From Nitrospirota bacterium (lineage in GTDB: Bacteria > Nitrospirota > UBA9217): a stretch of DNA of 64,000 nucleotides. This document shows, piece by piece, positions 8,364 to 17,382 of the stretch. The notes below the pieces were generated by a model. That model saw only the letters and a list, made by a program, of their open reading frames with translations, was not told the DNA's origin and ran no database searches. The position numbers were made by a program, and so were the translations under genes. The stretch's first letter is position 1; each line of letters starts with the position of its first letter. Location of the stretch: contig CAWFSF010000006.1 in NCBI GenBank assembly GCA_963818475.1, forward strand, positions 1,344,001 to 1,408,000, read 5' to 3'.

Positions 8364-9288
8364 TTGAGCTTAACCTCTTTTCTTAGAAATAAAGACGTTA
8401 AGGAAAAATTTCATCAACAATTTCAGCGACCGAAGATAACTGAAGTAAGGGAACTGCTCGCCCCACCTCTTACAGAAAAATATAACTTAGTTGGAACAGG
8501 TTTTGACTACTTATTACGTTTTTGCCTAATGCACCAAAATTCACACGCCATAGCGTTTTTGAATGGATAGCCGAAAAAGCACTCAAATCACCACTACTAT
8601 TAATTCCATTGTCATCACAGGTTACCTATGCCATTGTAAAAGGAAAAGTTACCCATACTGTGAATAATGAGACTTTAACAATGGCAGAAGAAGATCGTTT
8701 TTGAAGCAAAGAAGAATTACTCAACATTCCTGCAAACTGGTGAAATAAACAATTCAATACTCAAATCGGCCTTGCTTCTCGCACAACTCGACCCTTTATA
8801 CAGGGGAAGTTATTTAGACGAGGAATTGGGAAATGTTGACAAGAAGGACATCAAGGATTTAAAAAACATCATCAAGTGTGTAGACTTAAAACAGTTTAAA
8901 TCTAAGAAAGTATGCTTATTAAATCCATCGTTCGGGGAAAGCTTCCACACTAGTTGGAAAAGCAGACGCAGACCTGGTAATTGATGATTTACTGATAGAT
9001 ATAAAAACGACTAAAGAAATAAAATTCCATTCTGTAGAATTTTATCAACTCCTCGGATACTATATTTTGACACGGCTAGGACGTCTTGAGGGGGCCCCAG
9101 CAGGACACAAAATAAAACGACTGGGGATATTTTACTCACGGTATAACTACTTATACGTAGTGAAAGTTAAAGACATAATTAATGAGGAATCCTTTCCATT
9201 ATTCATGGGATGGTTCGAAAAAAAAGCCAACCAAATATTAGAAGCACAAGCTAAAATTAATCCCTCGAAGTCTTGGCGTACTACCTGA
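8364..9288 (+). pseudogene. PD-(D/E)xK nuclease-like gene split over several frames
   Basis: Consecutive fragments 8364-8570, 8522-8704, 8772-8984, 9067-9288; ADADLVIDDLLIDIKTTK and QLLGY read at ~8961-9060. Confidence 0.6.
9255..9287. repeat. cassette-boundary repeat A, copy 2
   Basis: AATTAATCCCTCGAAGTCTTGGCGTACTACCTG, 31/33 identical to 8214-8246. Confidence 0.75.
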
Positions 9289-9476
9289 GTCTGCTTTCAT
9301 TCAATAATCTTGTGCTCACCCTACCATTTTACTGTGCTAAAATTGTGCTAAAACGAATCCAAAAGGGCAAAATTATCGTAATAGACGGACTCATTGTAAT
9401 GCGTCCAAACCTTTGAATACCTGATTAAAACGGGAAACCAGGCGTAATGTCAAGGATTGTGTTTTACTTCTTCCCT

Positions 9477-9525
9477 CTGGCAGTCTTGGGGTCAGGGGTT
9501 CGATCCCCCTCAGCTCCACCAAGAA
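9477..9525 (+). repeat. att direct repeat: 3' half of tRNA-Ala
   Basis: Identical to 1514-1562. Confidence 0.92.
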
Positions 9526-9686
9526 TAAGCAAAAGGGTTGACCGAAAGGTCAGCCCTTTTTTGTTTTGGTGGAGGGGATCGAACCAAGGGAGTTTGAGGG
9601 AAGGATTCCCTCATGCTTCGGGGGAGTACCGAGGGGCTGGTCCCCTCGGAAGCGGAGCGCGTGAGATCTCCCCCTCAGCTCCACCA
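9522..9686 (+). repeat. structured mini-element, copy 2, ending in the tRNA-Ala 3' 18-mer
   Basis: Hairpin, then GGAGGGGATCGAACCAAGGGAGTTTGAGGG...GTCCCCTCGGAAGC...TCCCCCTCAGCTCCACCA (9669-9686). Confidence 0.85.
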
Positions 9687-9832
9687 AGAATACAAAGGGT
9701 TAGCTCTATGAGCTGACCCTTTTTCATTTGAGTGCGCTAAATTTGTGCTAATTAATTTTTCCAGAGTCTTGTGCTCACCCCTCAGCATCTGAATAGCGTT
9801 CGACGCCAGAAAACGGTGATTCAAATGTGGTA

Positions 9833-10129
9833 TTATGCGGCAACGAACTCGATCTTAACCTTCGTACCGGTCGCCTCGGCGATCTTCTCCAGCGTCTTGA
9901 GAGTAAAGCCTTCATACACACCGCTTTCGATTCGTGATACCGCCTGTTGACTGGTACCCATAAGCTTGGCCATTTGCTGTTGCGACAAACCTTTTTTCTC
10001 GCGTAACTTTGCAATCTTCATAGCGAGCATTAGCGCCTGCCGTTCTTCCTGATAATGCGCCTTAAACTCTGTGTCCTTGAGATCCTCGCGTAACCTGCTC
10101 CGAAATGTTCTCACTTTTTCTTTCTTCAT
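9833..10129 (-). CDS. HigA-like XRE antitoxin
   Basis: LREKKGLSQQQMAKLMGTSQQAVSRIESG HTH; overlaps the toxin stop. Confidence 0.85.
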   Translation of the reverse strand: MKKEKVRTFRSRLREDLKDTEFKAHYQEERQALMLAMKIAKLREKKGLSQQQMAKLMGTSQQAVSRIESGVYEGFTLKTLEKIAEATGTKVKIEFVAA

Positions 10130-10497
10130 GATCCACCTCCTGCTGGAAAACGACTAATCCAGTCTTCCATGCGTTTTTCTGACAAATCAATGTCCTTTTC
10201 TTTCAATTGCTGCGTCTTCTTGGAAAAGGCGTGAACCAGAACAATCTGATCGCGAACGTGAAAGAAGTAAAGGACACGATATTGATTCGAGCTATAGTGA
10301 ATCCTCAATTCCCTGATTTTTCCTCTGACCACATCCGCATAGGGCCGTTTAAGATTCGGCCCTTCGTCCTCCAGGAGCGACAGGTAGGCAGCCACTTTAG
10401 CACGTGACTTCTTATCCAGCCCATCAAGAAATTCATCGATGGGTGAATCACCTCTGTCTGTTGTGTACAATATAAGATTGTACAATCGCTCCTCCAT
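10126..10497 (-). CDS. RelE/HigB-like toxin (Gp49/DUF891-type)
   Basis: SPIDEFLDGLD...GKIRELRI....QYRVLYF....IVLVHAFSKKTQ; toxin precedes antitoxin. Confidence 0.85.
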   Translation of the reverse strand: MEERLYNLILYTTDRGDSPIDEFLDGLDKKSRAKVAAYLSLLEDEGPNLKRPYADVVRGKIRELRIHYSSNQYRVLYFFHVRDQIVLVHAFSKKTQQLKEKDIDLSEKRMEDWISRFPAGGGS

Positions 10498-10508
10498 ACC
10501 ACACTTTC

Positions 10509-10537
10509 TTTATACATCATCTTTGATGTTATGTCAA
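10509..10537 (-). promoter_or_regulatory. TA operon promoter with palindromic operator
   Basis: Minus strand TTGACA-17 bp-TATAAA; inverted repeat ACATCA-tctt-TGATGT (10514-10529) lies between the boxes. Confidence 0.75.
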
Positions 10538-10544
10538 GCCGCTC

Positions 10545-10805
10545 TTTTCCCTGCAGGTTTAAGGAATTCATTGATATAGGTTGCGCCGGATATAAGAAAT
10601 TTGAGAAAACTGGCGTTTCTAAGTCGCAATGTTTCGCAGAGGCCAAAAGAACTAGATATTCCTGCATCCCCTTCGCTGTTGAAGAACCACCAATTGCTTT
10701 CCTTAGTTGAACGAATCGTTTGATTGCATGTTCCGCATTATTGTTATTCCAGGGTACGCCATCGTAATCCAGGAATGTGAACAGCTTATCGCGATTTTTC
10801 ATTAT
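10545..10805 (-). pseudogene. IS66-family transposase C-terminal remnant
   Basis: KLFTFLDYDGVPWNNNNAEHAIK motif; abruptly truncated at the tRNA-end copy at 10807. Confidence 0.75.
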
Positions 10806-10806
10806 C

Positions 10807-10890
10807 CTCCACCAAGAAAATAACAAAAGGCTGGCATCATTGACCGGCCTTTTTTATTGCGCGGAGGGGGATCGAACCAAGGGAGTTTGA
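10807..10890 (+). repeat. third, partial copy of tRNA 3' end plus left part of the mini-element
   Basis: CTCCACCAAGAAAATAACAAAAGGCTGG...GGAGGGGGATCGAACCAAGGGAGTTTGA, nearly identical to 1551-1635. Confidence 0.85.
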
Positions 10891-10982
10891 TAGGGTACGA
10901 GTATTGGAAAGGACGCCGGTGCTATACTCGTATTAGAGGTTTTTCCTGATTGAGTATCCCTTGACCGCCGGGTGCCAAAAAA

Positions 10983-12558
10983 ATGATCCTCGAAATGCAT
11001 TGTCATACCACGGAACATTCTGTCTGCAGCACGGTGAGCGCTGCCGATCTGGTGCAGAGTAATTTCGAAAAAGGATTGCACGGGACCGTTCTCACCGATC
11101 ATCACTACCTCTGGTCTGCCGACGCAATCCGGGAACTGAGGTCCCGTCTGAAAGTTCCGGCCTTTTATCTCATCCTTTCCGGGCAGGAGGTTGAGATCCC
11201 TGAACTGGGACATGTGCTGGTTTATGGCGCGGATATTTCACTTGAACGCGGCATTTCCGTGGCTGCAATACGGCAGCGGTTCCCGGACGCGGCGCTTGTC
11301 TGGGCCCACCCATACCGTGATCAACATATTCCGCCGCCCGAAAAACTTAAGCATCCGTTAACGGACGGCATCGAAATATTCACGTCGAACCATACCGTGA
11401 CTGAGAACAACGCGGCGCTCAAAGACTGGCACGAGCATAAATTTACCGCTCTTTCCGGCACTGACACGCATGCCGTAAGCTACAGTGCGCTTTATCCTAC
11501 CCTTTTCGACCACCCGATCGTGACGATCCAGGAACTTGCCGCAGAAATACGGGCTGGACGATGCCGCCCCTTTTTCGAAGAAGTGCCGCATTCCGGAACG
11601 TCGAGCACGAAGGTTATCGAAATCACGATCGGGACGAAAGGGGGCAACGAAACACCTGATAAGTTCGTGGTCAGGTCGCACCGGGACGCTGAAAAATGGC
11701 ATTCCGCTAAACAGAGCGTTCGGGTCATCGAAGAGATTGCGCGGCACGGCTTCGACAGCGGACGATTCCGCGTGCCCAAGCAGTTTGGGCAGGACGATGT
11801 GAATCTTACCGTGATTGAGCAGGGAATTCGAGGAAAGACGCTTTTCGCTGCACTCGTTGAAAGCGGACGCGAAGACGCACGCCGGTATCTTGAAATGACC
11901 GCGGAGTGGCTTGCGAAACTGCACAACCTGAGACTGCAGGTTACTCCCCCCGATCATTTTCTCGGCACAGAACCGGACCATCTCGCCTTCTATCTCTCTG
12001 CCTTTTACAATAGCAGTCATCCCCATACCCGCCGCGCGCAAGAAATCATGGATATCGTGACGGCGACGGAGGCTTCTTTGTATGGGAACCATCCCGAAAA
12101 AATGGTGCAGGGACATGGAGATTTTCATCCGAAAAATATTTTTATCGGCCGGGACCGAGACGATGACGTTTCATCCACCTTCATTGCTGCTATCGACTTC
12201 AACAGCTCCAGCTCCATGCCTCCCGCATACGATGTCGGAACGTTTCTCGCCCAATTCAGAAACCAGTTTTACGACAATAAAACGGTGACGGATAAGGTTT
12301 CGCCGACGATTTTTCTCGACGCCTATCTGGAGCACGTCCGACGAAACGGACATCGATTTTCTTTCACAGGTGGAGCTCTTCAGGGCGCGCACCAGTTTGA
12401 GCATCTGCTACCATCTCATCAAAATAGGATTGGGAATGAGTGACAATCTCTGGAGAGTCCTCGTGGAGGCCGGCCAGGCCCTGGCCCGCCTTTCCGTAAA
12501 AAGCATGGGAAGTACGAAGGTCATCGAACAAACGGAGGACCAACGCAAGCTTGGGTGA
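10983..12558 (+). CDS. PHP metallophosphoesterase fused to an APH/choline-kinase-like phosphotransferase (frameshift near 12350)
   Basis: HCH, TDHH, AHP and GTDTH PHP motifs; HGDFHPKNI and IDF kinase motifs; C-terminus continues in ORF 12370-12558. Confidence 0.8.
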
Positions 12559-12631
12559 TAAAAAGAACACTGAAGGCAATTCGTTTTGTTCGGTAACCGA
12601 AGGCGAGCTTTCATATGAACGAGGTGATCTT

Positions 12632-12937
12632 ATGCCGGCCTCCCGCAACCCTCAACAAAAACGCTGGTCCAGAAAAGTCACGGAAGAGAGCAATGCGCTC
12701 GACCTCGAAGTCGGTGTATTTTCAAAACCCGATCCGCGAAGCATCGCACGCTCATTGAAACGATCGGCAGAGCGAAGCACCCGCCGGAAAAGCGACCCCT
12801 TTCGTTCCGCAATGTCGATGTTGACGTTCTATATCAATAGGGCGGGAAAAAACCTTTCCAAGACGGATCGCAGCAGACTGGAAAAGGCGAAGAACGCCTT
12901 GCGCGACCTCTATGGGAAGCCACGAAAGGCAGCGTAA
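12632..12937 (+). CDS. DUF3175-family protein
   Basis: WSRKVTEESNALDLE.GVF...DPRSIARSLKRSA...FRSAMSMLTFYINRAG. Confidence 0.8.
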   Translation: MPASRNPQQKRWSRKVTEESNALDLEVGVFSKPDPRSIARSLKRSAERSTRRKSDPFRSAMSMLTFYINRAGKNLSKTDRSRLEKAKNALRDLYGKPRKAA

Positions 12938-13276
12938 ACTCCACACTCCGCAATCCGAATGACTATTTCCCATACGCAGTCATCAAGTCCCGGCCTGTAG
13001 CATAGACCAGGCTTGCCCCGGGCTGGCGAGCTGAAGTCCAATTAATTATTTTAATATTTCAAATGGTCATTTCAATATGCGCAATCGCTCTCAATAAGTA
13101 CGACCAGCAGCCGGAATAATAAAATATCAACGGCAATTCCTTTCTCCGGTCGTCACCGGATCGGTGAAATCCCGCGTGTTGAACTAATGTTGAATGTTCG
13201 ATATACTATTCCTGATGCATTCGCAACAAGGAGAGAAAGCCGTCTTTGCGAAAGAGAGCCCTCTTTGGAAAACGTT

Positions 13277-13756
13277 ATGGAACGTGAGCAGGTAAAAGAC
13301 GGACTTCGTGTCGTATCCATCTTTGAAGCGGCAAAAGGACTGCTTGTCTTGCTGACCGGATTCGGGCTGTTGGCGTACATTCATAAAGACGTTCACCTCG
13401 CTGCCGAGCAGCTTGTCCGGCACTTCCATTTAAATCCGGCCAGCCGCTATCCCCGGATATTTCTCGATCTGTCCGACCACGTGACCGACGGGCAGCTTTG
13501 GCTCATGGCGCTCGCTGCCCTCCTCTATGCAGTGGCTCGTTTGGTCGAATCTTACGGCCTCTGGCATGAGCGGCAATGGGCCGAATGGTTCGGTCTTCTT
13601 ACGGGCGGGATGTATGTTCCTATCGAACTGTTCGAGATCACGCGCGGGGTGACATGGCCAAAAGCCGTTCTTTTGATCGTGAATGCGGGTGTCGTGGGAT
13701 ATCTCTCTTTTATCGTATACCAGGCGAGACAAAAGCGTAAACACGCGGGGGAATAG
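13277..13756 (+). CDS. DUF2127-family membrane protein
   Basis: GLRVVSIFEAAKG...VESYGLW...WAEW...YVPIELFE; four hydrophobic segments. Confidence 0.8.
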   Translation: MEREQVKDGLRVVSIFEAAKGLLVLLTGFGLLAYIHKDVHLAAEQLVRHFHLNPASRYPRIFLDLSDHVTDGQLWLMALAALLYAVARLVESYGLWHERQWAEWFGLLTGGMYVPIELFEITRGVTWPKAVLLIVNAGVVGYLSFIVYQARQKRKHAGE

Positions 13757-13943
13757 TAATGAATGGCGTCACCTGCGTTCCAAATATGCTGCAAGCTCTC
13801 GCCCAGAAGAAAGTTGAAAAAAGAAATTACCTCATTGGGAATTATTCGTTTCGCCGCTCCGGGGTGGCATGATTTCTCTCTTTCCTATAAACAGGTAAAG
13901 TGGTAGCATAATAGTAAAGATAATATAGATATTTTTCAAAAGG

Positions 13944-14289
13944 CGTTGCCAGGCCGAGACCAAAAGGTCAACGTATTGAGAACTCTGTTGAGGGTTACCA
14001 GCCGATCAAGAAGGAGTTCTAGAGCCGCCGAACAGTTGTTGTAAAGAATCGCTGTTCCCGGCAAATAGTATCCTGAAAGACCGGAGGGAACAAAAGACCC
14101 CGCGTCCGGAGGGAAAAAAGCGGCAACCATGGAAACAATTTCCGCAAAGGATCCACGAAACCGCGGAAAGCGTTTGTATATCACCGCAATTTATACCTGC
14201 GGTTCAACTGGCAAGTTTGAAAATACGGGCCAGACAACGCCCGTACTTATTCACGACAAAAAGCCGGCAAAACATTTTGCCGGCTTTTT
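13944..14289 (+). ncRNA. candidate structured non-coding RNA
   Basis: At least six consecutive hairpins, a possible long-range stem TTGCCAG/CTGGCAA, an AT-rich upstream region and a terminal terminator; strand inferred. Confidence 0.55.
14258..14289. terminator. bidirectional-type intrinsic terminator
   Basis: AAAAAGCCGGCAAAA-ca-TTTTGCCGGCTTTTT. Confidence 0.8.
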
Positions 14290-14603
14290 CTCTTCCTTCC
14301 AACGAAGCGCTCTTCGGGCGGACTCATCACACGTCAACAACTCCGCTGCACGGCCCACCCCGCTCCTTCAACGATGACTTTGCTCTTGAACTCTTCTTTT
14401 GAAACATCAACAATAGCCCTTCTCGGAATGAACAGGTCATGCTCAGCATATTGACAACGCAGCGTGAGAGAATTAAAGTTAATCAGGAAAAGAATCGGGA
14501 ATATGCGAACTCCAGGAATAAGGATGAGTACCTTGTCATACTAAGGTAGTTGTCTGACGGTCTGATCGAAGTCAATGGTGTGATGCGGGGAGAAATGATA
14601 ATC

Positions 14604-15248
14604 ATGTTCAAGGACCGCAGCGAAGCAGGGACCCGGCTTTCAGCCCGGCTTCTTCAATACAGAGACAGGCCCGATGTGATAGTTCTGGCTCTTCCCCGGG
14701 GCGGTGTCGTAACCGCCTATGAGATCGCGCGATTGCTGCATGTCCGGCTCGATGTGGTGATCGTCAGAAAACTAGGGTCTCCCGGGCAACCCGAACTTGC
14801 CATGGGCGCGGTCGCGGAAACCGGAGTTGTTGTCGTAAATGAAGACATTGTCGCAGCAGGCGGGGTATCCGAAGATTTTTTACAGCAGGAGATCGAACGT
14901 CAAAAGGGCGAGATCACCAGGCGGGTGGCCGCCTACCGCGCGGGAAAGGGACTTCCCGATCTGGAAGGCATGACTGTCATCCTTGTGGATGACGGGGTCG
15001 CAACAGGCGCAACGATAAAGGCAGCGATCACGGCGCTCAGGAACGAGAAGGTCGCGAATCTGGTCATCGCTTTCCCGGTAGGGCCGATGGAAACCGTAGA
15101 GACTTTGCAAAAGATGGCGGATGAGCTTATTTGCCTCGAAACACCGTTCGGCTTCATGGCTGTTGGAGCGCACTATAGCGATTTCACCCAGGTATCGGAC
15201 AAGGCAGTAGTGGACCTTCTTCAAAGGTCAGCTGCAAAAGCGGCGTGA
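14604..15248 (+). CDS. phosphoribosyltransferase family protein
   Basis: LALPRGGV, VRKLG.P...ELAMGA and VILVDDGVATGAT PRPP-binding loop. Confidence 0.9.
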   Translation: MFKDRSEAGTRLSARLLQYRDRPDVIVLALPRGGVVTAYEIARLLHVRLDVVIVRKLGSPGQPELAMGAVAETGVVVVNEDIVAAGGVSEDFLQQEIERQKGEITRRVAAYRAGKGLPDLEGMTVILVDDGVATGATIKAAITALRNEKVANLVIAFPVGPMETVETLQKMADELICLETPFGFMAVGAHYSDFTQVSDKAVVDLLQRSAAKAA

Positions 15249-15289
15249 AACAGCATGAGCCGGCACGATCAAACAAAGGAGGTATTCCC

Positions 15290-15817
15290 ATGAAAGCACT
15301 TTTTATCAGCGCTGACCGGTATGAGGATTCGGAGCTCCTCGTTCCGTACTACCGGTTCCTGGAAGAAGACATCACGGTGGACATTGCGTCCATGAAAAAA
15401 GGGGCGATCAAAGGCAAGCATGGATACGAGGTGGACGTGACAAAGACCCTTTACGAGGTCAGGCCGGATGACTACGACATCCTGGTGCTGCCCGGCGGCA
15501 GTGCGCCCGAAGCGGTCCGTAAGGAGCCGAAGGCGGTGGAGATCGCCCGGGACTTCTTCCTGAAGAACAAGCCGGTCGCCGCCATCTGCCACGGTCCGCA
15601 GACACTGATCACCGCCGGTTTGCTGAAGGGAAAACGCGCAACGTGTTACCGTACCGTTGCGGCGGAATTGAAGGCAGCAGGTGCGATCTATGAGGACAAA
15701 GAAGTGGTCGTGGACGGGAACCTCGTCACCTCGCGCCAGCCATCGGACCTGCCCGCGTTCATGCGCGAGACCATGAAGATGATCCGAAGCGCTGCGCAAA
15801 AAACGAAAGCAGCATAA
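15290..15817 (+). CDS. pfpI: PfpI/DJ-1 family protein
   Basis: YEDSEL, LVLPGG, AAICHGP nucleophile elbow, VVVDGNLVTSRQP.DL; AAGGAGG RBS. Confidence 0.88.
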   Translation: MKALFISADRYEDSELLVPYYRFLEEDITVDIASMKKGAIKGKHGYEVDVTKTLYEVRPDDYDILVLPGGSAPEAVRKEPKAVEIARDFFLKNKPVAAICHGPQTLITAGLLKGKRATCYRTVAAELKAAGAIYEDKEVVVDGNLVTSRQPSDLPAFMRETMKMIRSAAQKTKAA

Positions 15818-16008
15818 TGATAGAGCGGGGCAGCCCCCGTTAGCGCCGCAGCAGCTTGAAATAGCATGCAGAGAACAACGGATAAAGTGTCGTGACCTGT
15901 TCCTGTGCGGTGATGTAATGACAGACCGGGGGATAGAATCAGTCCTTCCCATCCTGCCAATTTTCAGACGAACTCGCCACGGACCAAGAAAGACTGAATT
16001 CTGAACTT

Positions 16009-16212
16009 TCAGTGTTTCTCCATCTGATTGAGCGCCTTTCGAGGCGGGATAGGGCGCAAAGTCGATCCGCCATCTCTCTTGACGTAAAATGGACACATCT
16101 TGAACCGGATATTTTTGCAATATTCGCCAAACTCAAAATCGCTAGGGATGTATACCTCCCTCAGTGCTGCGCAAGACAGCATGTATTTCCCCGCCAAAAA
16201 TGGGCATCCCAT
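16009..16212 (-). CDS. small Cys-rich hypothetical protein
   Basis: MGCPFL...C...YIPS.FE..EYC......CPFY; GGGAGG RBS upstream. Confidence 0.6.
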   Translation of the reverse strand: MGCPFLAGKYMLSCAALREVYIPSDFEFGEYCKNIRFKMCPFYVKRDGGSTLRPIPPRKALNQMEKH

Positions 16213-16469
16213 GGCTTACCTCCCTTATAAACAGCATGCATTTTAACTATAGCACAAGGAAAACTCTGTTTAAGTTCGTAAAATACGCCAAAAGTATTAC
16301 AAAATATGAGGTGACTCGTTCAAAGGGGGAATCGCGAGGCCAGCCCAAAGAACTACACACGCATGCTGCCTCCCCCGATGCCATGTTTTTTTGCGTGCGA
16401 TATAAGCGATATAATAGGAAATAGAGGGATGTCGAAGATCGAGGTCGAAGAAGACAGGAGGTGTTGTGT

Positions 16470-16814
16470 ATGCCGGTACTGGAACGAGGTATGAAAAAGA
16501 TAGCCGTGGACGACGACGGGTGCCTGGTCGAGTTCAACGACTGGGATGAAGAGGTTGCGCGTGAACTGGCTGTACGGGCGGGGGTAGGAGAACTTTCTCC
16601 TGAGAGCATTGCCATGCTGAGATTCATCCGTGACCATTATAAGGCCTACAACTTCTTCCCTATCGTGAATTCGGTCTGTAAAAAGCTTCATGAACCGAAA
16701 GACTGCGTAGCGGAGAAATTCTACAACCCGCTCATAGCCTGGAAGATAGCAGGTCTCCCGCATCCCGAGGAGCCCATTATCAGCCTGCTCGAGGCTGGTC
16801 AGTCTCCGGGGTAG
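16470..16814 (+). CDS. TusE/DsrC-family protein lacking the C-terminal cysteines
   Basis: VDDDGCL...DWDEEVA.ELA, FIRDHY, AWKIAGLPHP; AGGAGG RBS. Confidence 0.8.
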   Translation: MPVLERGMKKIAVDDDGCLVEFNDWDEEVARELAVRAGVGELSPESIAMLRFIRDHYKAYNFFPIVNSVCKKLHEPKDCVAEKFYNPLIAWKIAGLPHPEEPIISLLEAGQSPG

Positions 16815-16969
16815 GGCTTTGACTTCACGCTGCCCAGGTGCCGGTTTCCGAACTCTCGCGCCAGTCGCTTGCCCGTAAGAAACCCGCTGGCCAGCGAGTA
16901 ATAACTGATCACGCCCGATCCTGGAGGCGTGCGATTTGAGGATTTGACGTTACGCGAATCGCTTAATAT

Positions 16970-17006
16970 TCCCCCAGCTCCACCAAAAAATAAAAAGGGA
17001 TCGAAC
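16970..17006 (+). repeat. degenerate tRNA-Ala 3'-end copy plus inverted T-arm motif
   Basis: TCCCCCAGCTCCACCA followed by AAAAATAAAAAGGGATCGAAC. Confidence 0.6.
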
Positions 17007-17382
17007 GTAGTGCATGGGGAAGAGGCTCCCCCATGTTGCGAGTTAAAGGCAAAATAGTCCAGCAATCCGTAACGCAATACGATGAATAAGAAACAGAACG
17101 GACAGAAGCGAAACAACTGGACTTGAGTAGTTATTTTTTTTATCGGTATGCCGAGAAATCCCTGTTTTTGTTCCACTCCTTTCCGAAGGTTTGATATCGA
17201 TTCAGCCACTTATAAAACCATTGTTTAGACCGATGGAGGCTGGTATAGATGCTCTTTGGCGATTCCCCCTCCAGGATGTAGCGACGAATTGCTGCTTTTC
17301 TGATTTTTTCTTCCATGACATCCTCCTTCGAGACCGGCTAGACTGCGCAGCAGGCTTCACCCGAGTGTGAAGGCCGCATCCC

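Larger units (their letters stand above)
1514..9525. mobile_element. tRNA-Ala-integrated defence island with truncated integrase
   Basis: 49-bp identical direct repeat 1514-1562 / 9477-9525 (tRNA 3' half from the anticodon loop); AT-rich interior; integrase remnant; paired TGTGCTAA repeats near both ends. Confidence 0.85.

Noticed and set aside
9477-9521. A second tRNA-Ala gene
   Set aside because: Only the 3' 45 nt are present; there is no acceptor 5' strand or D arm
10305-10826. 173-aa ORF as an intact gene
   Set aside because: It is a chimera of the tRNA-end repeat, a frameshifted IS66 remnant and an off-frame overlap with the toxin
13936-14402. Short ORFs (13936-14184, 14129-14377, 14217-14402) as explanation of the intergenic gap
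   Set aside because: No recognisable motifs or clear RBS, and two cross the terminator; a small peptide cannot be fully excluded
1541-17006. Recurrent CAGCTCCACCA repeats as a CRISPR array
   Set aside because: Spacing is irregular (170 bp to kilobases), the repeat is the tRNA 3' end, and no cas genes are present
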